Part shown: piece by piece, positions 34,786-45,699 of the stretch
Position numbering within the stretch: position 1 is the first letter of the stretch
Layout: every line of letters starts with the position of its first letter
NCBI RefSeq assembly: GCF_963921235.1
Contig: NC_086097.1
Location: 199,518,001 to 199,582,000, forward strand
Direction: 5' to 3'
DNA length: 64,000 nucleotides
Source: Mobula hypostoma
Lineage: Eukaryota
The notes under the pieces: model-generated
What the model was told of the DNA's origin: nothing
Databases searched by the model: none
What the model saw: only the letters and a program-made list of their open reading frames with translations
Program-made: the position numbers and the translations under genes

Positions 34786-35334
34786 AAAGTACCTCTTATT
34801 TGAAAATAAATGTTAAAATTTAGAGGGATTTTATGGGAAATGAGGGAAAATAAAAGAAGATTAGTGCAGGATTGGTGTAAAGATGTTTTAGCAGTTGGTG
34901 TGAAGCCAAGAGCTAAAGGGCTTGCTGCCATATTATGATGTAAAAAGTTTGTGTGAGAAGAGTCCTGAATGAGGATGGTTTGGACCCAAATGCCGCAGTA
35001 TCCAAAGCAAGGCACAAGACACCATATCAAACTGCATTGAGAACTGAGCACAGAACAAACACTAGACAAAATCACGAGTAGGACTTATGATTGAGCAGCT
35101 CAGTTCAGGTGTACTTTCCATACTCAATTCCTGGTGCCCAAAACCAGGTGCCCATGATTACCAATTAGTGGGACCATTCTGAACCCTTAAAGGGGCCACA
35201 CGAGCTATCTGTATTCCGAGGAGTTTGAGCGTCAAAGTCCCAGAAGCTGGCGCGGTTTGGAGTGTCTTGTAACAGGACCCTCTCCCCTATGGCCAACTTC
35301 TGACAGCCCTGGCTGCTCAGAGAGGTGGTGATGG

Positions 35335-35490
35335 TCATTGTGGATGAGAGCAGGATCCAAGATATCTCTTTCAGGCACCCAGCACCTCTCCTCAGGTCCA
35401 AATCCTTCCCAGTCCGTGAGGTATTTCCAAACACCTCAAACAGTATGCAAGTCCAAGCGTCATTTCACTGTGAAGATCTGTTCCTCCTCA
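35335..35490 (-). pseudogene. Integrase C-terminal chromodomain
   Basis: EEQIFTVK*RLD...[28 protein letters not shown], with two in-frame stops. Confidence 0.85.
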
Positions 35491-36612
35491 ATAAACCTGG
35501 GTGGTGGTGGAGCTGATAGTGGTCGGGCTAATGGACTGGTGCAGACAGGTTTTAATTTAGACATATGGAAGATGGGATTGATCTTTAGGGCCTTGGGGAA
35601 CTGCAAGGAGTAAGCCACCGGATTTACTTTCTTGAGAATCATGAAGGGTGCAGTGAACTACGGCGCCAACTTTTTAGATTACACTCAGAGAAGCAAATCA
35701 TGAGTGGACAACCAGACCTGTTGCCCAGGCTGTAAACAGGTCCCTGACTTCTCCTTTGGTTCACCTTGGCCCCCACCTTCCAGGTAGAAGCCAGCAAAAC
35801 CTCCCTTGCCCTGATCCAGTTTTGCTTGCCGTGTTGGATGAAATCCACGGCCCCAGCAGCCTCAACCTTGGCTTCTTGTTCTAGAACAAGTAGGGGGTGG
35901 AGAAACATTGAGGTTGGGTACAGGGCTCGCACGTCACACTCTTGCACGTACTGTCGAACCTCTATCGTCATTCCGGGCCACCAATACTTCCTGCTGATAA
36001 ACGCGATGGTCCTGCAATCCCTGGGTGTGTGGTCATTCTCAACGAATGTCTGCATTTGAGTACCTGGGATCAGACAGAACTTGGGACCAGCAGCCAGCCC
36101 AGAGGACCATTCTTAGGAAACTCTCCTTCTGCTTGGACCTTGTGAACAAGAGTGACAATTCCCCAATGAGTTGGCACTACCACCCTTGCTTGGGGCAAAA
36201 AGGTGATAGGCTGCTCCTTTCATTCCGGTTCCTCAAAATGACGGGACAGGGCATCTGGCTTCTGGTTCTTTCACCCCGGTCGATAAGTCAAAATGAAATC
36301 AAAGTGGTTAAAGAACAAAGACCTCCTGGCTTGCCTGGAATTCAACCTCTTGGTCTCCTGAACATGTTTTTTTTTGGTCAGTCCAAACGATAAAAGGATT
36401 CTTGGCCCCCTCTAGCCAATGACCCCATTCCTCCAAAACTAACTTAACAGCAAGAAACTCCCGATTCCCAATGTCATAGTTCCTCTCTGCTGACATTAGC
36501 CACCTGGAGAAGAATGCACATGAGTGCAGTTTGCTGTCCGAAGGTGGTCGTTGTGACGAAATAGCAACCGCTTCGATGTCTGAGGTAGCCACCTCCATGA
36601 TGAAGAGAAGGT

Positions 36613-36764
36613 TTTTAAACGCAAACAACAGGAATTCTACAGATGCTGGAATTTCAAGCAACACACATAAAAGTTGCTGGTGAACGCAGCAGGCCAGGCA
36701 GCATCTCTAGGAAGAGGTGCAGTCGACGTTTCAGGCCGAGACCCTTCGTCAGGACTAACTGAAG
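36613..36764 (-). mobile_element. 152-bp Penelope-terminus insertion with 11-bp TSD
   Basis: GAAGAGAAGGT occurs at 36602-36612 and 36765-36775. The insert closely matches 41221-41372 and interrupts the Gypsy pol at the start of RNase H. Confidence 0.9.
36721..36756 (-). ncRNA. Minimal type-I hammerhead ribozyme motif
   Basis: Minus strand AGUC-CUGACGA-AGGgucucggCCU-GAAAC-GUC-GACU: stem I AGUC/GACU, core CUGANGA, stem II AGG/CCU, GAAA, and a GUC cleavage triplet. Confidence 0.75.
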
Positions 36765-37773
36765 GAAGAGAAGGTATGGTTTAGGAGAAACCGAGATGGG
36801 AGCTGTGATGAACCACTGTTGAAGCTCTACAAAACCCACCTCCACTTCAGTAGTCCAAGCAAAAGGGCCCATGGATCTCTTAGTTAGTGCTATCAGTGAG
36901 TCAGTGCCACTGAGATGAAGCTCCTGACGAACTTCCAGCAGAAGTTGGACTTGTTTGACACTAAATGGTACTGATCAGTCTCTGTCTGCCTGGGTCTTGG
37001 TAGGGTCCATCTTGAGATTGCCATTGGAGATGATGAAACCCAAAAATGAAACGGTTGTCATGTGAAACTCTGACTTCTCCAACTTGACATAAAGTCCATG
37101 GTCTAGAAGACTCTTTAAAATGTCCCTGACATGAGCGACATGCTCCTTCATGGACTTCGAGAAGATTAGGATATCATCCAGGTGGATGAAAGTATACTAA
37201 TGGGAAGTATCCTGGAGCACTTCATTTATAAAGGCTTGGAAAATAGCTGGAGCATTCACAAGGCTGAAGGACATAACCAGATACTCGTACTGCCCTGTCG
37301 GTATATTGAATGTAGTCTTCCACTCACCACCTTCTCTAATATGGATGAGACTCTATGCACTCCATAGGTCTAGTTTTGTGAATACCCTCACCCCTTGGAG
37401 TATCTCAAAAGCCGTATTCATGAGTGGAAGTGGGTGGCGATTCTTAGCCATTATTCAGTTTAATCCACTATAATCAAAACACAGCCACAGGCTTCCATCT
37501 TTCTTGTGTACGTAGAAGAAGCCTGCACCAGTGGGTGAGGTGGAGTCCCAAATGAAGCCTATGTTAAGAGCTTTCTTTATATACTCCTCCATGGTGCTTC
37601 TCCTTGGGCCTGAAAGCATATACAATCTACACGCGGGGGTGGGGGAGGCAAGTACAGGGCAGCAGGTCTATAGCAATGTTGTTGGTGCAGAGGATGAGTC
37701 CAGGCCTTTCCCTTGCTGAAGACATCCTCCTTGTAGACGGACGGAATTTTGTCCAGTTTGGGTGTTGCTATCT

Positions 37774-38153
37774 CATAGAAACTTAGAACACAGAAACATA
37801 GAAAACCTACAGCACAATACAGGCCCTTCAGCCCGCAAAGCTGTGCCGAACATGTCCTTACCTTAGAAATTACCTAGGGTTATCCATAGCCCTCTATTTT
37901 TCTGAGCTCCATGTACCTGTCCAGGAGTCTCTTAAAAGATCGTTTCATATCCGCCTCCGCCACCGTAGCCGGCAGCCCATTCCACACACTCACCAATGTC
38001 TGCATAAAAAATTTACCCCTGACATCCCCTCTGTACCTACTTCCAAGGACCTTAAAACTATGCCCTCTCGTGATAGCTATTTCAGCCCTGGGAAAAAACC
38101 TCTGACTATCCACATGATCAATGCCTCTCGTCATCTTATGCACCTCTATCAGA
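37774..38153 (-). mobile_element. Short CR1 3' fragment nested in the Gypsy
   Basis: LIEVHKMTRGIDHVDSQRFFPRAE...TRGHSFKV...FFMQTLVSVWNGLP, with a (catagaaa)-type tail on the plus strand. Confidence 0.9.
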
Positions 38154-41100
38154 TGGATCACTGATAGAGAGGACTCAACGGACAGTCCTCTCCTCTGGAC
38201 TTTCCTTCGAGAATGACTCCTGAGGCTTCTTAGTTGACACGGGTGATTCAACGGACCTCAAAGATCTCTCCCTAAGCACACAAAGTTCATACGTAGAAAC
38301 AGTGGCCAAATTAAAGTCCAAATCCCTGTCTGTATCCACAGGCAAAGGCAACGAGATGTTACAGAGGGTTCTTGCTACCAACCCCCCACCCCCCAGAATA
38401 GGCTTCAAGGATCGGCATAAAGGAGCCTCTCCTTTCTTTGAGACCTGGCAGCTGGATTTCTTAAGCTTAGCAGCAAGTTTCCCAGACTCCTCAGACATCT
38501 CCTGAACGAGCGATTCCCTCTCTCTAGTTCCTGTGGGATTCCAACCAGACAATATCAGGAATCACACAGCCCCTTTGGCCGAAACCGGCTTCTTCTGCTC
38601 TTGAGGACAGGACTAGGTCTCCAGAAGGTCTCAGGTTTCCTCATACCGAAGGCTGCCCCCTTGTTGGTCATTGGTCACAAGAGAGTCTGTGTGTTGGAAC
38701 ACCGTATCACAAACAAACCCTCTCATAATGACTGGACCAAGCAATGATTCTCCCCTCCTTCCCGTCCACGGGTGGGTTATAATGGGACAGCCAAGAATAC
38801 CCAAGGATCAGGGGCATGAGTGGTGAGTCAATAATTTAACTAATATCTTCCACAAGATCCTCTATCCTCATCTGCAACTCCACAGTCTGTTGCTGGATCT
38901 GCCCGGACCCTAGTGGGCAACAGTCCAAGACAGTTGTGGGCATGGACTGGCTCAACTCTTGCAGTGGTATGTCCAACCAATGGGCACTTACTAAATCCAG
39001 AAAATTACTTGCTGTCACGAGTCCCAAAAAGCCTTCATCTGCCTCAAGATCTTACCCCAGTAAACTACACCTTCAGCACGAAACCAAGATTTCTGGGATT
39101 GGGCGTAGTGGCTGCTACCAACACAGTCCTCCTGACAGTGGACGGTCTTAGCAGTTTTCCGGGTGGCTGCACACTCGATTATTCAGCCAGCAGGTGACCG
39201 CAGTAAAAGCAGCAGCTTTGACTCCAACGCCAGAAACTCTCATCAATGGAGAGCCCAGTGCAACTGACCTGCATGGGTTTGACTGAATCTCGATCAGGCG
39301 ATGGGCTGGTCATGATCAGAGGTTAGGGAGTGCAACTGTGACGTGTAGGGACCAGGCTCAGACTGGCTCTCTTCGACTTTCTGAAGTGGTCCCACTTTCA
39401 CCTGGCCAGGCGATTATCAAGACAGATAGACTGGTCGATCACAACCTTTAAGGTCTCCGCTTGCTCTGCCAAGGCAAGGGCATCCTTCAGATCATCTCAG
39501 AGCTCATGGTGGTGTAGCATGACCAAAGCCACCCTGTTCCAATGACTCTCCTGGGTCAAGGTCCAAAATTCAATTGCATAGTCGGCTGCTGACCGTCCTT
39601 CCTGTCGAATCTTCATCAGGCAGTCCAAAGCTTGGCTGGCTCCGATGGGTGATGAAACACCTTCCTCATGGCAGCCACGAATTCCTCCAAATCTGAGCAA
39701 CTCTCTGACCTACATTCCTTAACTACTGAATTTGTGGCACCCAAAGCCTGAATACCAATTAGGAGGACTGTCCTGAACATTAAAGAGGCCCTGCCAGCTA
39801 TCCATACTCCCAGGAGTTAGAGCATCTAAATCCCGGAAGCTGGTGCAGTTGGAAAAGTCTCATACCAGTTTGAGGAATAACACCTCATCCTCTAACTTGA
39901 CATACAGTTTTATAGCTTTCAGGACTCAGCATTAAATACAACCGTTTCAGATAATGAGCCATTCCACCTTTTTATATATCACATTTCCAAATTTCAGTTT
40001 CTCTTTTCTTTCATTTCAGATTTCATTCATCTTTTTCTGACTTCTTCTTATTACGTAGCCTTTGCCATTCATTAGCCTTTGCCACCTTCCTTCAGCTGGT
40101 AAAATACCATTTGTGTGAATCAATTTCCTGTTTTCTCCACACCTGCCTCTCTATAATTTCACTGCACCTTAATTATTCTTTGTATCTCACCCAATTCTAA
40201 CAAAAAGTTCTCAACCTGAAGCACAAAACATTTCATTTTCCGCATATGCACCTTGACCTGCTGAGTAGTTCCAGCATTTTCTGCTTTTACAGTGCAATTT
40301 TAAAGGTAGAGCCAAGTGAAATAACAAAGGACAATGTGTGTCTAGGATTCTTGACTTGAAAGAAGGAGGGCAGCAGGATTCCCAGGGCAGAAGCGATCAG
40401 GCAATGTGTGTAAGTTGAGTAAATGGCGTTGGTGGAAAGCAGCCATGATACTGTTGAGCATCACAGCAGGCTCGACAACTGCATTGCCTTTCACACAGTT
40501 AATCTTCAAACCTGAAATTTTGTTGTTTACTCAGAATGTTGTTCTAATAGGAAACAGGGCACATACTGTGTTATGTTAATGCCTCATATTTAATTAAATA
40601 GCACAGTATTTATTTGGAATAACCACATATTTTCAATGTGGTTTTTGATATCAATTCATCTTTAATATCAGGAATTCTGCTTGATTTTGAAATAGAAAAG
40701 ACAATCAAAAAGTATTATGAACATCAAATAACATGTCAGCTGTAAATATAGCTTTATTTCAATTGTTGATAACTCATATTGGCCAAATTATATATGAGAA
40801 TTCATCTGATTGCAACTTATGGTGTCATCATCAGTAGAGTTCTCATCAGTCAACATGTCCTGGCAAGGAGTAAAAACGGTCCAGAAAGAATTGTAATGAT
40901 CTTTGTCAAGCCTCATTGAGAATACTTGTGTCACATAGGACTCTTTGATCTATCAGCTTTCTTAGACATGCACTTAGGCTAATATCCACTGTTGCTGGAT
41001 AGGGCATCTATTTGGTGAAAAATACAAAATATTCTCCTCTTTCTTGACATTTTATTCATCCCTTATTTTAATCACATCATTGGGTACTGTAAAATAATTT

Positions 41101-41220
41101 ACACAAGGTTTCAAGTCGTGAAGTCCATCTCTAAATCTGCCTGACTCTGTACTGTTCTTTATTCTGAAAGATGATCCTTAAAGTTATTTCTGTGGCAAAG
41201 CTTTTGGTCATCTGTCCTTT

Positions 41221-41797
41221 TTAAAACCGCAAACACAAGGAAATTTGCAGATGCTGGAATTTCAAGCAACACACATAAAAGTTGCTGGTTAACGCAGCAG
41301 GCCAGGCAGCATCTATTGGAAGAGGTACAGTCGAAATTTCGGGCCGAGACCCTTTGTCAGGACTAACTGAAAGAAGAGCTAGTAAGAGATTTGAAAGTAG
41401 GAGGGGGAGGGGGAGATCCAAAATGATAGGAGAAGACAGGAGGGGGAGGGATGGAGCTAAGAGCTGGACAGTTGATCGGCAAAAGGGATATGATCAAGGG
41501 ACAGGAGGCCTAGGGAGAAAGAAAAGGGGGAGGGAGGGAAAAAAGCCCAAAGGATGGGCAAGGGGGTATCGTGAGAGGGACAGAGGGAGAAAAAGAATGT
41601 GTGTGTTTATAAATAAATAAATAACGGATGGGGTACGAGGGGGAGGTGGGGCATTAACGTAAGTTTGAGAAGTCACTGTTCATGCCATCAGGTTGGAGGC
41701 TAACCAGACGGAATATAAAGTGTTGTTCCTCCAACCTGAGTGTGGCTTCATCTTTACAGTAGAGGAGGCCGTGGATAGACATATCAGAATGGGAATT
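41221..41797 (-). mobile_element. Penelope-like element 3' fragment
   Basis: Minus strand 41660-41797 encodes SHSDMSIHGLLYCKDEATLRLEEQHFIFRLVSLQPDGMNSDFSN (GIY-YIG C-terminus). A pyrimidine-rich region and the terminus follow, with a mutated hammerhead motif at 41329-41364. Confidence 0.88.
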
Positions 41798-42469
41798 CTG
41801 ATCTGTCCTAATATCTTCTAATCTGGCTCAATGTCAAATGTTCTACAATACAGCTCCTATGAAGCACCTTATGATGTGTTGTTATATTAGAAATGCCTTT
41901 TAACTACAAATAAACATTGAGTGCAATATCTTAACAATGTCTTTCTAGCTTTTGAATGACAAGCTTCTCATTTCTTAAAGTTCTTTCTTCTTTTGTCAAT
42001 ATTTCCAAAAAGAAAGGTTATGTGACTGAATTAGCTCAGTTTGGCACTGAATTTTTTGTTTGCCCATCCTGGACATTAATAAATGTGAATTGTGCAAAAT
42101 CTGTTGTAAAATGGATTTTAAAGTCTCATAAATTATTTTTAAGCAACGGATACACTATCCGCAAACGTCTGTGGTTGTCCTTATCTTTGAGTCTCTCAGT
42201 CATAAAATCTGGATTTAGTGAGTAAACTTATTCAGACACGTCTGTTTTTGATAGCTACCCAGATGGTATCATTCTACTTGTTATAATTCTTTAATTTCTT
42301 TGAATATATACCCTAATATTAACTATAATTAAACTAATGGAATAATCACTGTATCCAATTGTTAATGAATACCATGAAAATTTTTATTATTATTATTATT
42401 GTTGCTAGCTTTAAAATTGCTTTAAGTATGGGATAATTTAATAATATTAATAATAATAACTTATTTATA

Positions 42470-42815
42470 GAGCCAGAGGTGAGGAATGGGCTAGGGTTCA
42501 GCTCGCTGTTCCATGAGGATTACTCATCTCCATGCTGAACTCAGGCTGTGGCCTGCAACTAACAGGCTCTGAGATCGGCTGTGACTGGCTTCATGGCTGT
42601 GGCCTCACTTTCATGAACTTCAGTTCTGAATGTTATTTGCTTACTTTTATTGTTTGCATGATTTGCTTTTTTTCCTGAACATTGGGTGTTTGACGGTCTC
42701 TTTTCAACAGATTCTATTGGGTTTCTTTGTTTTGAGGCTCCTGTAAGGAGATGAATCTAAGGTTGTATATAGGACACATTCTTTGATAATAATTTACATT
42801 GAACCTTGAGATTTG
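42470..42815 (+). mobile_element. Retroposon fragment with a Rex1-type 3' end
   Basis: Ends gagatgaatctaaggttgtatat...gataataatttacattgaaccttga. No ORF. Confidence 0.4.
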
Positions 42816-43219
42816 AAATGATATAGTTCAAAGTGCTTTTCAATGAGATAAAGTGCAAACATGAAAATAAAAGACAAAAAGATGGTAGTTAAAAGTGGGT
42901 TTAAATAAACAAGCTTTGAGGTGGTGTTTAAAAATGTCAATTGAGTCTGTATCAGTTATAGTTTTAGGGATTGAGTTCTACAGATTAGGAGCAAAGTTCA
43001 AAAAAGCTGACCTGCCAATGATCTTTTGAGGAAGGTTGTTTAAATGTGAGAGACTAATGGAAGAAGACCTGAGAGCTCTAGAGCTCTAAAGCAGTTGTAA
43101 TACTGAAGTGATTCTGCTATGTACTCCGGTCCTAGACCATTAATAGCATTAAAAACAGGTAAAAGCACTTTAAAATCATTTCTAACAGATGCAAGAAGTC
43201 AATCCAGTGTAATTAGGAC

Positions 43220-43575
43220 CATAAGACCATCAGACCATTAGAAATAGAAGCAGAAGTAGGCCGTTTGGCCCATCGAGTCTGCTCTCCCATTCAATCATGG
43301 GCTGATCCAATTCTTCCAGTCATCCCCAATAACCTGCCTTCACTCCATACCCTTTGACGCCCTGGCTAATCTAAAACCTATCTATGTCTGCTTTAAACAC
43401 ATCCGATGAATTGGCCTCCACAGTTGCTTGTGGCAACAAATTCCACAGATTTATCACCCTCTGACTAAAGTAATTTCTCCACATCTCAGTTCTAAATGGA
43501 CGTCTTTCAATCCTGAAGTCATGCCCTCTTGTCCTAGAATCCCCTACCATGGGAAATAACTTTGCCATATCTGAT
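43220..43575 (-). mobile_element. Short CR1 3' fragment
   Basis: LFPMVGDSRTRGHDFRIERRPFRTEMWRNYFSQRVINLWNLLP, with a (cataagac)-type tail. Confidence 0.9.
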
Positions 43576-43591
43576 CTAGGATGGGAGTGAT

Positions 43592-44567
43592 ATAGTCATA
43601 GTCATAGTCATACTTTATTAATCCTGGGGGAAATTGGTTTTTGTTACAGTTGCTCCATAAATAATAAATAGTAATAGAACCATAAATAGTTAAATAGTAA
43701 TATGTAAATTATGCCAGTAAATTATGAAATAGGTCCAAGACCAGCCTATTGGCTCAGGATGTCTGACCCTCCAAGGGAGGAGTTGTAAAGTTTGATGGCC
43801 ACAGGCAGGAATGACTTCCCATGACGCTCAGTGTTGCATCTCGGAGGAATGAGTCTCTGGCTGAATGTACTCCTGTGCACCCAGTACATTATGTAGTGGA
43901 TGGGAGACATTGACCAAGATGGCATGCAACTTAGACAGACACCATCCTGAGAGAATCCAGTTCCATCCCCACAACATCACTGGCCTTACGAATGAGTTTG
44001 TTGATTCTGTTGGTGTCTGCCACCCTCACCCTGCTGCCCCAGCACACAACAGCAAACATGATAGCACTGGCCACCACAGACTCATAAACATCCTCAGCAT
44101 CGTCCGACAGATGTTACAGGACCTCAGTCTCCTCAGGAAATAGAGACGGCTCTGACCCTTCTTGTAGACAGCCTCAGTGTTCTTTGACCAGTCCAGTTTA
44201 TTTTCAATTCGTATCCCCAGGTATTTGTAATCCTCCACCATGTCCACACTGACCCCCTGGCTGGAAACAGGGGTCACCGGTACCTTAAGCTCTCCTCAGG
44301 TCTACCACCAGCTCCTTAGTCTTTTTCACATTAAGCTGCAGATAATTCTGTTCACACCATGTGACAAAGTTTCCTACCGTAGCCCTGTACTCAGCCTCAT
44401 CTCCCTTGCTGATGCACCCAACTATGGCAGAGTCATCTGAAGGTGACAAGACTCTGTGCAGTAGTTGAAGTCCGAGGTGTAAATGGTGAAGAGAAAGGGA
44501 GACAAGACAGTCCCCTGTGGAGCCCCAGTGCTGCTGATCACTCTGTCGGACACACAGTGTGGCAAGC
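43592..44567 (-). mobile_element. 5'-truncated Rex1/Babar LINE, same subfamily as 26035-27054
   Basis: (GACTAT)n tail; DDSAIVGCISKGDEAEYRATVGNFVTWCEQNYLQLNVKKTKELVVDLRR; colinear with 26035-27054. Confidence 0.92.
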
Positions 44568-45399
44568 TGCTCCCTCATCCTGGCCTTAGTTAAACATCTA
44601 GCAGCGGCATTCTGATTGAATTGAAGATTATCAATAGATTGCTTTATAAAGCTAATTAAAAGTGCATTGCATTTATCCAGTCTATTTGATATGAAGGAAT
44701 TAATTCGTTTTTCAGCATCATTACGTAACAGAAACAGACATAACTTTGCAGTATTTCTTAAGTATATAAATACTGCTCTGAACACTTTTGTGGTTTGATT
44801 TCTGTATGTTTGATGATTCATAATCTGAAAAGCCCCTGTAGTTTTTTACAGATTTCAGGAGATACCCTAGATATATACTTTAATGAACAGCAAAGCTTTT
44901 ATTGCCTCTAAGTGCTTAATAACAAAACTTATTTATGCAGGCGGTCTATTTTTCCCTTTATAAATAACATTTGAATTAAAGTTGTCAATTTTAAATTGGT
45001 ACTGAATTTGAAGTTCTGCACTGTCATAACACAGTATACCTAATGAAAGTGACAGCTAGAAATCAGTAATGGAGACAGCTTGCGGAAATTGATAGAACTA
45101 TGTAAATGAATTCAGGAAAACAACTCAAGAGTTAAGTATCACTTAATATTTACAAAACAGCAATCAATCAATTCTAACTGATAGAATTTGACTTTGCCTG
45201 GGATTGACTTAATTTCAGTGAGTTGAAAAATATCTGATCCCTAACTACAAAGAAAGGGGGATAAATTGATCATGAGAGGTAGTCAAGAAGGGAATACCTC
45301 AGAAATAAACTAGGTAAATCTCATAAGGAGGGCATTTTTTAATGATAAAATCATGGATTGATACTAAGATTGAAATTAAATCCAGGAAATCCTGCCTGT

Positions 45400-45670
45400 T
45401 GTGGCAGATGGAGTGAAGGTGCTCAACGAAGTGGTCCCTCAATCTATCCCGGGTCTCACCGACATAGAGGAGACCGCACTGGGAATACCAAGTGCAATAA
45501 ATGACTGATTATTTCACACGTGAAATACTGCTTCACCTGGAATGATTGCTCAGGGCCCTAAATATAGGTGTGGGAAGGACTGTAGGTGCAGCTGTAACAC
45601 AGCGTGATGGAAGGATAAGGGCCTGGACGGGTTCAGTGTGAAGGGACTAGCAGACAAGGGAGTCACAGAG
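45400..45670 (-). mobile_element. Decayed Penelope GIY-YIG fragment
   Basis: ggtgctcaacgaagtggtccctcaatctatcccgggtctcaccgacatagaggagaccgcactggg matches 560-640 and reads on the minus strand as SQCGLLYVGET. Confidence 0.7.
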
Positions 45671-45699
45671 GGGCTGATGTGCCTAGAGTAGGATTCCAT

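Larger units (their letters stand above)
34950..39710 (-). mobile_element. Decayed chromodomain-containing Gypsy (sushi-like chromovirus) with nested insertions
   Basis: Minus-strand order: Gag (AADYAIEFWTL, PMQV, CFYCG; about 39700-39190), protease region (NFLD...LGSG; about 39020), RT (HLDDILIFS...[11 protein letters not shown]; 37600-37000), RNase H (CAFFSR...[22 protein letters not shown]), a partly deleted integrase, a GPY/F-like region (NPVAYSLQFP...FHMSKLKP) and a chromodomain. LTRs are not clearly delimited. Confidence 0.88.
42820..45050 (-). mobile_element. Old L2 LINE 3' part, interrupted by CR1 (43220-43575) and Rex1 (43592-44567)
   Basis: INSFISNRLDKCNALL...LQFNQNAAARCLTKARMRE (44820-44568) continues as ITPIL (43591-43577) and then as an LHW...DFKVLLPVFNAINGLGPEYI-like segment (43215-43115). 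Confidence 0.75.
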
